Assembly: GCA_038045945.1 (NCBI GenBank)
Contig: JBBSXC010000004.1
Location: forward strand, 128,001-192,000
Source of the DNA: Nanobdellota archaeon
Lineage (GTDB): Archaea; Nanobdellota; Nanobdellia; Pacearchaeales; GW2011-AR1
DNA: 64,000 nucleotides
Direction: 5' to 3'
A program made the translations under genes and the position numbers. Positions 1 through 9,961 of the stretch are shown here, in pieces; position 1 is the first letter of the stretch; each line of letters opens with the position of its first letter. Below the pieces are notes generated by a model. It made no database searches and was not told where the DNA came from. It saw only the letters and a list, made by a program, of their open reading frames with translations.

Positions 1-277
1 TAAGTTTGTGCTCAGAATGATTAAGAATAGTGCCCTGAGCACCAACACCTGCTAAGCTTTCAGGGATAATAAAACCAGTAGACCTACCAGGTTCTTGAAG
101 ATCCACATGTTGAGAGAAAACCGTAAGGTTAACTTCCTTAGCAATCTCCTTAACATCCAAGAAAGGCACCGCAATAATAGCACTGTTATAATAAATCTCA
201 ATATTCCTAGCTAAGTCCAAAGCAGCCTTACCAGAAACATAATTCTTGAAATTAACAACAACTAAAGGCTTAGTCAT
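1..277 (-). CDS. tpiA: Triosephosphate isomerase, archaeal type (3' part outside the window)
   Basis: Not in the ORF track. Manual translation from ATG 277: MTKPLVVVNFKNY...SQHVD...GRSTG...ILNHSEHKL, with TIM motifs NFK and NHSE. ATGA overlap with the aldolase stop. Confidence 0.93.
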   Translation of the reverse strand, partial: MTKPLVVVNFKNYVSGKAALDLARNIEIYYNSAIIAVPFLDVKEIAKEVNLTVFSQHVDLQEPGRSTGFIIPESLAGVGAQGTILNHSEHKL

Positions 278-1038
278 TTTCCGAAAACGATACCTCGAAT
301 TTTTTTACTAAGACTAACAGGATCATTACTCTTCCAAATGTTTCTACCAACAGCCACACCAAAAGCACCGCTAGCAACAACTTTTTTAGTATTACTAATA
401 AACTCTTTTTCTGTAGTTTTTTCACCGCCAGCAAAAACAACTTTAGCCCTACCAGCAGCCTGGACAGCCCAGGACAAGTCACTAATAACCCCGTCTCCTT
501 TAATCTTTATTAAGTCAGCATCAATTTCGAGTCCAATACGAGCAGCATAAGCCATTAGCTCTCTAGGAGACTTATCATTAACTACTTTACCCCTAGGATA
601 AACCCAAGCAATAACAGGAACTTTCTCCTTATGAGCTTCACGTAAAATATCTTCAAATTCTTTAAGCATAATAGACTCATGTTTACTGCCAACATAGACA
701 GTGTAACCAACAGCTTTAGCACCAAGACTTATTGCTTCACTAACAGAACAAATAGCACGAGATAAAGGCTCACCACCAGTTAGATTAGTCTTGCCATTAA
801 GTTTGAGAATAAGAGGAACTTTACTAGCCTTAATCTCTTTATGATACTTATCAGCAATACCCTTATGAACAATCAAACCATTATAACCACCTCTTTTAGC
901 AATATTAATAATTTCTAAAGGATCAACGTTAGTCTCATCAAACTCTTGCGGTCCGTGCTCAAAACCCTGATCATAAGCTAGATAAAAAGCCTTACCACCC
1001 TTAGAAACACTTTTAATATTAATCATTGTTAAATCCAT
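274..1038 (-). CDS. Class I (DhnA-type) fructose-bisphosphate aldolase
   Basis: LAYDQGFEHGP, WVYPRG, Schiff-base region ADLIKIK, AGG and GRNIW motifs; coupled to tpiA. Confidence 0.88.
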   Translation of the reverse strand: MDLTMINIKSVSKGGKAFYLAYDQGFEHGPQEFDETNVDPLEIINIAKRGGYNGLIVHKGIADKYHKEIKASKVPLILKLNGKTNLTGGEPLSRAICSVSEAISLGAKAVGYTVYVGSKHESIMLKEFEDILREAHKEKVPVIAWVYPRGKVVNDKSPRELMAYAARIGLEIDADLIKIKGDGVISDLSWAVQAAGRAKVVFAGGEKTTEKEFISNTKKVVASGAFGVAVGRNIWKSNDPVSLSKKIRGIVFGK

Positions 1039-1181
1039 TTATGAAATCATAATCAACTCTTTTAATAAATAAACAGTAGATTAAGGGATATAAAAATTTA
1101 TAGATTGAGCAAATAAGAACAGTAAAGACAAATATATAAAGCTATTATGGATTAGTAGACAATAAAAGGTGATATGAAAAA

Positions 1182-2045
1182 ATGTTTGAAATGCTTCTAA
1201 ACCCAAAAAGGGCTGAAAGACACCCAATGGAAATGTTCCTAGTAGGAATAGTATACGCTTCTCTTTCAGTATTATTAGTAAGGTGGATATTCTCACAAGA
1301 CGCAGTACTATCAAACTATTCAGGAATACTAATAGTAACATTCACAGTAATGTTCTCATTACCATTCATGTATTACGCGATAAAGAATGAAGAACAAAAA
1401 GATTTAGAACAATCAGGATTCGTAAAATTATTATTACAACACGGAAGAGCACTATCAATGTTCATATGGTTATTCCTAGGATTCATAGTAGCTTACGCAT
1501 TCTGGCAAATATTATTCGCAGGAAGCGGACTACTAGACGCACAAGTAAGTGTTTATTGTCAAATCAACAGGCCTTCACCTTCAGCATTCCAAAACTGCTT
1601 AGAACAATACGGAGTAGCAGGACTGAAAAAAACTACTGGTTTCATAACAGCTAAAGAAAAAGTATTCATGATATTCGCAAACAACATTTACGTACTAATA
1701 TTCACGCTACTATTCTCACTAATATTCGGAGCAGGAGCAATATTCATATTATCATGGAATGCTAGCGTAATAGCAGCAGCCATAGGAATATTCACAAAGT
1801 CAGAACTAAAAAGTTTACCCCTAGGACTGGCACGGTACTTAATACACGGAATACCAGAAATAGCAGCATACTTTATAGGAGCAATGGCTGGAGGAATAAT
1901 AAGCGTAGCAGTCATAAGACGCGACATGGCAAAAGGAAAATTTTGGGACATACTACAAGACTCACTAAACCTAGTAATACTAGCAGTAGTAGTATTATTC
2001 ATAGCAGCAATAATAGAAGTATTCATAACACCAATGCTATTCTAA
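1182..2045 (+). CDS. SpoIIM/DUF95-family membrane protein
   Basis: Multiple TM helices; IFANN, HGIPEI and AAIIE motifs. Confidence 0.8.
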   Translation: MFEMLLNPKRAERHPMEMFLVGIVYASLSVLLVRWIFSQDAVLSNYSGILIVTFTVMFSLPFMYYAIKNEEQKDLEQSGFVKLLLQHGRALSMFIWLFLGFIVAYAFWQILFAGSGLLDAQVSVYCQINRPSPSAFQNCLEQYGVAGLKKTTGFITAKEKVFMIFANNIYVLIFTLLFSLIFGAGAIFILSWNASVIAAAIGIFTKSELKSLPLGLARYLIHGIPEIAAYFIGAMAGGIISVAVIRRDMAKGKFWDILQDSLNLVILAVVVLFIAAIIEVFITPMLF

Positions 2046-2548
2046 AAATAGCCAACAGAACACTGAGTAAAAACATCTGGAGCTACCCTAACAGAATGAA
2101 TTTTTGTAGACCTAACAAGGGAGGAGCCAAAAGAATGATTAATCTCATAAACCTCTAACTCCATTTTCTTATAAGGAAGGTAAGCACCAATAAGCCTAGG
2201 AGGCTGATCAAAATTAGACTGAAGAAAATTATAAGCTCCAGAAAGCTGAGGATTAATAACTCTTCTAATTCTTCCATCCTGAGCACCATGAGAAGCTTTA
2301 GCTTCAAAAACAAACATTTCTTCTGGAGAGAAAAAAACTAGGTCTAAACAACCTAGGTCTTGAGTACCACTGCTTCTACAAAGAACTTCTTTAAAAACCA
2401 AAAAATCCCTCGGCGTACGAGAAAAAAGCCCTAATATTCGAGGGTTTAGACGTTCGATGATGTTAACAACCCTTTTATGAGCTCTTCTTCCACCCATACC
2501 CCTACCACAATTATCTTGATGAGTTTGCAAATATTCAAGAAGTTGCAT
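2042..2548 (-). CDS. Hypothetical protein with PD-(D/E)XK nuclease-like motif
   Basis: E...LDLVF...VFEAK...Q spacing typical of the restriction-endonuclease fold; start moved to ATG 2548. Confidence 0.5.
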   Translation of the reverse strand: MQLLEYLQTHQDNCGRGMGGRRAHKRVVNIIERLNPRILGLFSRTPRDFLVFKEVLCRSSGTQDLGCLDLVFFSPEEMFVFEAKASHGAQDGRIRRVINPQLSGAYNFLQSNFDQPPRLIGAYLPYKKMELEVYEINHSFGSSLVRSTKIHSVRVAPDVFTQCSVGYF

Positions 2549-2666
2549 TAAAAAAGGCCATAAACAAAATTTATAATTATATCTATAACACAAAAAGGAT
2601 ATTCTAAGACCCTAATAGAACCTTTAATCATAACATTTATAATAGGCATTATGATTCTTCTTTTAA

Positions 2667-5390
2667 ATGTCTGACGATAATAACAACTACTTATTAGAAG
2701 AAAGAAAAAAGAGAATAAAAGATTTTCTAAAAAACAAAACATTAACAGTTTATTTAGCACTACTAGCAATAGTAATATGGATTGCTAGCTGGATAAGAAC
2801 AAGAAACCTTTACGGACTAAAAGACGTAACGACGGGAGGATGGACATTAGGGCCGGACTTAGACCCTTTCCTTTTCTTAAGATGGGCAAAATACATAGTA
2901 GAGCATGGAAGCATAATGGCACACGACATTATGAGATACGCACCAGTAGGATACGACACTAGCGGAGAACTAAACTTAATAACATACTCAATAGTCTGGT
3001 TCCACAAAATAATAAGCATATTCGGCACATACAGTGTAGAATACGCAGCAGTGATAGTACCAGTAGTAATATTTGCATTAGTAATAATAGCGTGTTTCTT
3101 TTTTGTTAGAGAAATATTTAGAGGAAGATTCGAAAATAAACACTTACCAAACATAATAGCACTGTTATCATCATTCTTTATATCAGTAATACCATCATTA
3201 CTACCAAGAACAATAGCAGGAATACCAGAAAAAGAGGGCTTGGGATTCTTATTCATGTTCATAGCGTTATACTTCTACATAAAAGCATGGAATAGTGAAA
3301 AAAATAAGTCATCAATAATAAACTCCGTATTAGCGGGAATAGGAACAGCACTAATGGCTCACTCATGGGGAGGAGTACAATACTTATACATAACAATAGC
3401 GCTAGCAACGTTATTTTCTTACCTAATGGGAGTGATGAAGAACAAACACTACTATGTGTATTGTACATGGGTTATAACAAGTTTAGCATTATTATTACCT
3501 TTCACAGGCCGTTTCACAGTATCACAATTCTTAACATCAACATCAACAGGGATGATGCTAGGAATATTTGGATTCTTAGTAGTTGACTACATAATAAAAG
3601 AAACAAGAATAGAAAAAAAGTATTTAGAAAAATATGAACACAAAATACCAAGACAAATATTGTCTATGATCATAGCAATAATAATAAGTGTAATACTAGT
3701 AAGCATAAGCGTAGGACCATCAATACTAACGACTTTCATAACAGAAAGCGTTAAGAGCTTAATATACCCCTACTCTGACAGGTTATCATTTACAGTAGCA
3801 GAGAATAGACAACCATTTTTCACCAGCGAATGGAGAGGAGAATTCGGACCAAACATAAGCGGAATACCAATATTTTTTTGGTTATTCTTTATAGGATCAA
3901 TATACTTATTCTACCAAATGACTTCACCAATAGAAAGAAAGAAAAGGATAACACTAGTAGGAGCATACACCTTATTCTTATTCGCACTAATATTCAGCAA
4001 GTACAGCGGAAGTAGCGTTCTAAACGGAACAAGCGGAATAAGCAGATTCATATACTTTGGAGGGATAATAATATTATTAGGAGTATTCGCACACTTAGTA
4101 TGGGGATACTTCAAAAGAAAGGATTTAGAAACATTAACAAAAATATCATTTTCAGAAATATTGTTATTCACACTATTCTTCATAACAATACTTGGATCAA
4201 GAAGCGCAATAAGACTAATGATGGTTTTAGGAATACCAGCAGCCATAATAGTGTCATATTTTATAATAACAATAACAAGTAAAGCAATAGAAAAAAAGAA
4301 TGATAAATCAAGATTAACATGGTTCATTATAGCAGGAATAATACTAATAGCAGCAATATACACTAGCCAAAACTATTACATGACAAGCTATTACCAAGCA
4401 AGCAGTTTCGTGCCAAACACTTACACACAACAATGGCAAAAAGCAATGTCATGGGTAAGAGATAACACACCAGAAGGAGCAATATTCGCACACTGGTGGG
4501 ATTACGGATACTGGGTCCAGAGCATAGGCCTAAGAGCGACAATAGTAGACGGGGGAAACGCACACGTATACTGGAATTATTTAGTAGGGAGACACTTCCT
4601 AACAAGTCCATCAAAAACAGACGCACTAGAATTCTTATACACACACGAAGTAACACATGTACTTATTGACTCAACAGATATAGGAAAATACTCAGCGTTC
4701 TCAAACATAGGAAGCGACGAGAACTATGACAGAGCATCATTCATACCACTAATAGGACTAGACCAAAGATCAACACAAGAAACAGCAAACAGCACAACAT
4801 ACCTGTACCAAGCAGGATTCGCAATAGAAGGAGACATAATATACAACCAAACAGACGGACAAAAAATCTTCCTACCAGCAGGAAGAGCAGGAATAGCAGG
4901 AGTATTATTCACAATGACAAATGAAAGCTTAGCAGCACCAGAAGCAGTATTCGTAGATCAGGGAATACAGTACAGAGTACCATTAAGATACGTATACTAC
5001 AAACAAAGACTTTATGACTTCGGCAGAGGACTAGAAGCAGGAATACAAATAATACCAACAGTAACACAAACAGCAACAGGGATAGAAATAATGCCAATAG
5101 GCAGTGCGTTATACTTAAGCCCAAGAACAATAAACTCAAACTTAGTAAGACTATACTTATTCGGAGAAGAAGGAGAAGGATTCAACATAGCCCACTCAGA
5201 AGACGACCAAATAGTAACAAGCCTAAAACAACAAGGAGCAGACGTAAACGACTTCGTAAACTTTAACGGCTTACGAGGACCAATAAAAATATGGGAAGTA
5301 GACTACTCAGTTTACCCAGGAATAAAAGAAAAACCAGAATACTTAGAACTAGAATATCCGGACAAAAACGTACAATACGTTAAGCAATAA
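2667..5390 (+). CDS. aglB: Oligosaccharyltransferase AglB/STT3
   Basis: N-terminal DP motif, many TM helices, TVAE motif, WWDYG, DGGN and a DK-like motif (DIGK). Confidence 0.95.
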   Translation: MSDDNNNYLLEERKKRIKDFLKNKTLTVYLALLAIVIWIASWIRTRNLYGLKDVTTGGWTLGPDLDPFLFLRWAKYIVEHGSIMAHDIMRYAPVGYDTSGELNLITYSIVWFHKIISIFGTYSVEYAAVIVPVVIFALVIIACFFFVREIFRGRFENKHLPNIIALLSSFFISVIPSLLPRTIAGIPEKEGLGFLFMFIALYFYIKAWNSEKNKSSIINSVLAGIGTALMAHSWGGVQYLYITIALATLFSYLMGVMKNKHYYVYCTWVITSLALLLPFTGRFTVSQFLTSTSTGMMLGIFGFLVVDYIIKETRIEKKYLEKYEHKIPRQILSMIIAIIISVILVSISVGPSILTTFITESVKSLIYPYSDRLSFTVAENRQPFFTSEWRGEFGPNISGIPIFFWLFFIGSIYLFYQMTSPIERKKRITLVGAYTLFLFALIFSKYSGSSVLNGTSGISRFIYFGGIIILLGVFAHLVWGYFKRKDLETLTKISFSEILLFTLFFITILGSRSAIRLMMVLGIPAAIIVSYFIITITSKAIEKKNDKSRLTWFIIAGIILIAAIYTSQNYYMTSYYQASSFVPNTYTQQWQKAMSWVRDNTPEGAIFAHWWDYGYWVQSIGLRATIVDGGNAHVYWNYLVGRHFLTSPSKTDALEFLYTHEVTHVLIDSTDIGKYSAFSNIGSDENYDRASFIPLIGLDQRSTQETANSTTYLYQAGFAIEGDIIYNQTDGQKIFLPAGRAGIAGVLFTMTNESLAAPEAVFVDQGIQYRVPLRYVYYKQRLYDFGRGLEAGIQIIPTVTQTATGIEIMPIGSALYLSPRTINSNLVRLYLFGEEGEGFNIAHSEDDQIVTSLKQQGADVNDFVNFNGLRGPIKIWEVDYSVYPGIKEKPEYLELEYPDKNVQYVKQ

Positions 5391-5398
5391 AAAAAAAG

Positions 5399-6400
5399 AT
5401 GGAACTAATACTAATAATACCATTACTAATAAGCTTAGCAACAACTCTACTATTCCTGCCAAAATGGATTGGCAAAGCATCAAAGATAGGACTAATTTGG
5501 GAGAATATGAACAAGTACACAAGAAAACCACTAATAGCAGGAAGCGGAGGAATAACATTCATATCAGGATTCATAATAGGACTATTAGTATACATAGCAA
5601 TAAACACATTCTACTTCAAAAGCAGCCAGAACGTAATAGGAATATTCGGATTAACAACAGCAATACTAATATTAGCAATGATAGGATTCGCAGACGACTT
5701 AATGGGTTGGAGAAGCGGAGGACTAAGTAAAAAATTAAGAATGGTGCTATGCTTATTCGCAGCAATACCACTAATAGTAATAAATTCAGGAGTATCACAA
5801 TTATCAATACCAATAATAGGAACAGTAAGCTTCGGAATACTATACGCAATAATAGCAATACCCATAGGGATAGTAGCAACATCAACAACATTTAACATGC
5901 TAGCAGGATACAACGGCCTGGAAGCAGGACAGGGAATAATAATACTAACAGCATTAGGAATATCAACATACGCAACAGGAAACCCTTGGCTCGCATTCGT
6001 ATGCGCATTAGCAGTAGCAGCACTAATACCATTCTGGTTTTATAATAAGTACCCAGCAAAAGTATTAGGAGGAGACGTACTAACATACCCAATAGGAGGA
6101 CTAATAGGAATAATAGCAATACTAGGAAACATAGAAAAAATAGCAGTAATATTCTTCATACCATACATAATAGAAGTAATACTAAAAGTAAGAGGAGGAC
6201 TCCAGAAACAATCATTCGGAAAACCAGACAAGAATGATAACCTAAGCCTGCCATACACAAAAATCTACGGTTTAGAACACTTCGCAATACTAATACTAAA
6301 CAGGACAAAGAAAGAAGTAAGAGAAAAGGATGTAGTCTGGCTAATACACGCAATACAACTAATATTCGTGATAATAGGCCTTGGAGTATTAGCATACTAA
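5399..6400 (+). CDS. UDP-GlcNAc:dolichyl-phosphate GlcNAc-1-P transferase (AglH/Alg7, MraY superfamily)
   Basis: GFADD, NMLAGYNGLEAG and NKYPAKV..GD motifs; adjacent to aglB. Confidence 0.88.
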   Translation: MELILIIPLLISLATTLLFLPKWIGKASKIGLIWENMNKYTRKPLIAGSGGITFISGFIIGLLVYIAINTFYFKSSQNVIGIFGLTTAILILAMIGFADDLMGWRSGGLSKKLRMVLCLFAAIPLIVINSGVSQLSIPIIGTVSFGILYAIIAIPIGIVATSTTFNMLAGYNGLEAGQGIIILTALGISTYATGNPWLAFVCALAVAALIPFWFYNKYPAKVLGGDVLTYPIGGLIGIIAILGNIEKIAVIFFIPYIIEVILKVRGGLQKQSFGKPDKNDNLSLPYTKIYGLEHFAILILNRTKKEVREKDVVWLIHAIQLIFVIIGLGVLAY

Positions 6401-6402
6401 CA

Positions 6403-7695
6403 ATGATAAAAAAGTCATTTTTAAGAATTAAGAATGACAAATTAGTAAGAGGAAGCTTCACACTACTAATAGCAATAGGAATATTCAACCTGTTCGGATT
6501 CTTATTCCACACAATAATGGCAAGAATGCTCTCAACAGCAGATTACGGAGTGTTCGCAAGCCTAATGGCAATAATATTCATTTTAGGAATACCATCAGAA
6601 GCAATACAAACATGGATGTCAAGAATAGTATCAAGAAACAAAAATAATGAAATAGTAAGAGGAATACTAGAATACGCAATAAAAAAATACTTTAAAATAT
6701 CAATAATAATAGTTGGAATTGGAGCATTATCAACAATAATTCTTTCAGAGGTACTACAAATACCGTCAGCACTAATAATAATATCAATAGCGATACTATT
6801 CGCACTATTCTTAATACCGCTAACAAGAGGAATAATGCAAGGAGAAAAAGACTTCAAAAATTTAGGCTTAAGCATGATAATAGAAGCAACACTAAAACTA
6901 CTAATAGCGCTAACACTAGTAAAATACCTCAACTTAGGAGTTTACGGAGCAATGTTAGGAGTAATAATAACAATGATACTAACACTATACTTCTCATTCA
7001 AACAAATAAGATCAGTAGGAATAAGAAAAATAGCATTAAGCGAAGTAGTAAAATCTAAAGCAGAAACCTACAACAAACACAATTCTAACACTAATGAAAA
7101 CACCCCAATATGGATAATTATGTCAACAATACTAATATTTTTCAGCATGGACATACTAGTAGCAAAATCAATATTCACAGCAGAAATAGCAGGACAATAC
7201 GCAGTAATATCAATAATAGGAAAAATAATCTTTTTCGCTAGCAACTCAGTAAGCAAAGCAATGTTCCCAATGTCAAGCGAAGACCACAACAAAGAGAAAA
7301 GAAATCTCAAAATAATAAAAAAATCATTATTAATGACAATGATAATAATAATCTTAGGGTTAGGAGCAGTAGCATTATTCCCACAAACAATAGTATCATT
7401 ATTATTCGGAAACAATTATGTAGAATCAGCAGGAATACTACTAGCAACAGCGATATCATTCAGCTTACTATCATTAACAAACCTTTTCTTACTACACGCA
7501 ATATCAACAAACCTAACAAGCAGATACTCATACATACTAATAATATTCCCAATACTACAAATAATAATACTACCATTAGCAACAACGCTAAAAGATTTCT
7601 CTATAGCATTATTATTACTTAACACACTGCTACTAGCAGCAGCAGCAATCATCTGGATAGCCAGAGTTTTGAATAAGTATAAAAGCGATAAATGA
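6403..7695 (+). CDS. Oligosaccharide flippase (Wzx/MOP family)
   Basis: ARML...DYG motif, about 12 TM helices, AGQYA..FP motif. Confidence 0.85.
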   Translation: MIKKSFLRIKNDKLVRGSFTLLIAIGIFNLFGFLFHTIMARMLSTADYGVFASLMAIIFILGIPSEAIQTWMSRIVSRNKNNEIVRGILEYAIKKYFKISIIIVGIGALSTIILSEVLQIPSALIIISIAILFALFLIPLTRGIMQGEKDFKNLGLSMIIEATLKLLIALTLVKYLNLGVYGAMLGVIITMILTLYFSFKQIRSVGIRKIALSEVVKSKAETYNKHNSNTNENTPIWIIMSTILIFFSMDILVAKSIFTAEIAGQYAVISIIGKIIFFASNSVSKAMFPMSSEDHNKEKRNLKIIKKSLLMTMIIIILGLGAVALFPQTIVSLLFGNNYVESAGILLATAISFSLLSLTNLFLLHAISTNLTSRYSYILIIFPILQIIILPLATTLKDFSIALLLLNTLLLAAAAIIWIARVLNKYKSDK

Positions 7696-7756
7696 GACAA
7701 AGAACAATGAAAACGAATACATTTTCAAGCATTAAACTTGAATCAAGTTTAACAAT

Positions 7757-8512
7757 ATGAAAAAAATAGCAATAATAATACCAGCTTATAACGAAGAAAG
7801 AAGAATAGGACCAACACTACAATCATACTCACAATACTTCGATGAAATAAAAAAGAAAAAGTTATTAGACTACAAAATAATAGTAGTGATAAACAACACA
7901 AACGACAAAACACCAGAAATAGTAGAAAAATACCACAAAAATAACAAGAATATAGAATACTTCGAAATAAAAAGAGGTGGTAAGGGAGGAGCAATAATTG
8001 AAGGATTCAAAAAAGCATTAAGATCAGACTTTGATTACTTAGCATTCATTGACGCAGACATGGCAACAAGCCCAGAATCATTCTATGAACTAGTAAAAAA
8101 CATGGAAGAAAACCACGCAGTAATAGCAAGCAGGTACATGCCAGGATCAGTAGTAAAACCAAAACAAAGCATGCAAAGAATACTAGCATCAAGAATATTT
8201 AACACATGGATAAAAGCAACACTATTCCTAAACTACAATGACACGCAATGCGGAGCAAAAATATTCCAAAGAGAAGCAATAGAAAGAGTACTACCACACC
8301 TGTCAGTACTAGAATACGCATTTGACGTAGACTTATTATACACACTAAAAAAGTTAGGGTATAGCGCAAAAGAAGTACCAACAGTATGGAGCGATAAGAA
8401 TTACTCAAAAGTAAACTTTGTGAATTCAGGACCAAAAATGGCATTAACAGTACTAAAACTAAGAATGCTAAACTCACCACTAAAAATATTTTTTAGAAGC
8501 GAGAAAAAATGA
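7757..8512 (+). CDS. GT2 dolichyl-phosphate glycosyltransferase (Alg5-like)
   Basis: IIIPAYNE, GKGGA, DAD, DTQCGAK, FDVD motifs. Confidence 0.88.
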   Translation: MKKIAIIIPAYNEERRIGPTLQSYSQYFDEIKKKKLLDYKIIVVINNTNDKTPEIVEKYHKNNKNIEYFEIKRGGKGGAIIEGFKKALRSDFDYLAFIDADMATSPESFYELVKNMEENHAVIASRYMPGSVVKPKQSMQRILASRIFNTWIKATLFLNYNDTQCGAKIFQREAIERVLPHLSVLEYAFDVDLLYTLKKLGYSAKEVPTVWSDKNYSKVNFVNSGPKMALTVLKLRMLNSPLKIFFRSEKK

Positions 8513-9423
8513 AAAGACTCACAATAATAATACCAGCACCACTAGATAAAAATTTACCAATAGAAGTAACAAAAACTATTGACAAAAAAAAGGTAGAAAT
8601 AATAATAGAAAGGGGAAATAACCCATCAATTAACAGAAACAGAGGAATAAAAAAAGCTAAAACAGAACTAGTAGCGTTCACTAATATCCACTCAAAACTA
8701 GCAAAAAATTGGTATGAAGAAGTAATAAAGTTTTTTGATAAAAACAAAGAGGTATCAGCAGTTGGAGGACCACAATTCACAGAAAACGATGGAAAAGCAT
8801 TTCAAAGAGCAAGCGGACACGCACTAAAATCACCATTCGGTTCAGCAGTCGTAAGCAAAAGGTACAAAGAAAACAAAGAAAATTTGGATTCAGACGAAAC
8901 AGAAATAACAAGCGCAAACCTAATATGCCGTAAAAGCGTATTTGAAAAAGTTATTTTTAACGAAAAATTATACCCTGGAGAAGACCCGAAATTTGTTGAA
9001 GACATAAAAAATGTAGGGTTCAAAGTAGCTTATTCACCAAGAATAGTAGCTTATAATCAAAGAAGGCCGGGAATAATGGCCTTAGCAAAACAAATATACA
9101 ATTATGGGGTTGTAAGACCAAAAAAAGAAAGCGTTAAGAAAACGCTAGCAAAACCTTACTTTTTTGTGCCAACAATATTCATAATATACTTATTATCAAT
9201 AATACCCCTAACAACAATATCAAAATACTTCCTAATACCACTATGGGCTTACATAATACTCAACATCATAGTAATGACTAAGACCTACATAAAAACTAAC
9301 GACCTAGAAGCAGCAATAATGCTGCCAGTAGTATTCTTAACAATCCACGTTTCTTACGGTTTTGGGATATTCCAAGGCTTAGTAAACAAAATTTTCAGCC
9401 CTGGAGAAAGAGTTTATAAATAG
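8509..9423 (+). CDS. GT2 glycosyltransferase with C-terminal TM helices
   Basis: IIIPA, S.NRN.G, GED, Q..NYG motifs. Confidence 0.8.
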   Translation: MKRLTIIIPAPLDKNLPIEVTKTIDKKKVEIIIERGNNPSINRNRGIKKAKTELVAFTNIHSKLAKNWYEEVIKFFDKNKEVSAVGGPQFTENDGKAFQRASGHALKSPFGSAVVSKRYKENKENLDSDETEITSANLICRKSVFEKVIFNEKLYPGEDPKFVEDIKNVGFKVAYSPRIVAYNQRRPGIMALAKQIYNYGVVRPKKESVKKTLAKPYFFVPTIFIIYLLSIIPLTTISKYFLIPLWAYIILNIIVMTKTYIKTNDLEAAIMLPVVFLTIHVSYGFGIFQGLVNKIFSPGERVYK

Positions 9424-9442
9424 TAATGATGAATCACCACTG

Positions 9443-9961
9443 ATGAAGAAGTTAAACATAGGTTGCGGACCAGACTACAAGAAAGGATTCGTAAACTTAG
9501 ACTACAATAGTGAATACAAAACAGACATTAATCATAACTTAGACAAATTCCCATACCCATTCAAAAAAGCAGAGTTTGACTACGTTTACTGCTCACACGT
9601 ACTAGAACACGTCAGCGATTTATTCAAAACGCTTAAAGAACTAGAAAGAATAACAAAAGTTGGAGGAAAAATACACATAGTTGTGCCCCACTTCTCAAAC
9701 GGAATAGGATACAATGATTTGACACATAGAAGATTCTTCGGATGGGCAACTTTTGACCAATTAATGACAAATTATTATAATCAAGAATTCAAATTTGAAA
9801 TTATTAAAAGAAGATTCAACTTCTTAAGCAGAAGATACAAATCAGTTAACACCCTAACAAGCTGGATTTTTAACATTTTACCAAAACAGTTTTATGAAAG
9901 ATTCTTATGCTGGATAATGCCAGTTGGAGAAATAGAAGTATTATTACAAAGAAAAATTTAA
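9443..9961 (+). CDS. Class I SAM-dependent methyltransferase
   Basis: LNIGCG, SHVLEH, GG.I.I.VP. Confidence 0.8.
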   Translation: MKKLNIGCGPDYKKGFVNLDYNSEYKTDINHNLDKFPYPFKKAEFDYVYCSHVLEHVSDLFKTLKELERITKVGGKIHIVVPHFSNGIGYNDLTHRRFFGWATFDQLMTNYYNQEFKFEIIKRRFNFLSRRYKSVNTLTSWIFNILPKQFYERFLCWIMPVGEIEVLLQRKI

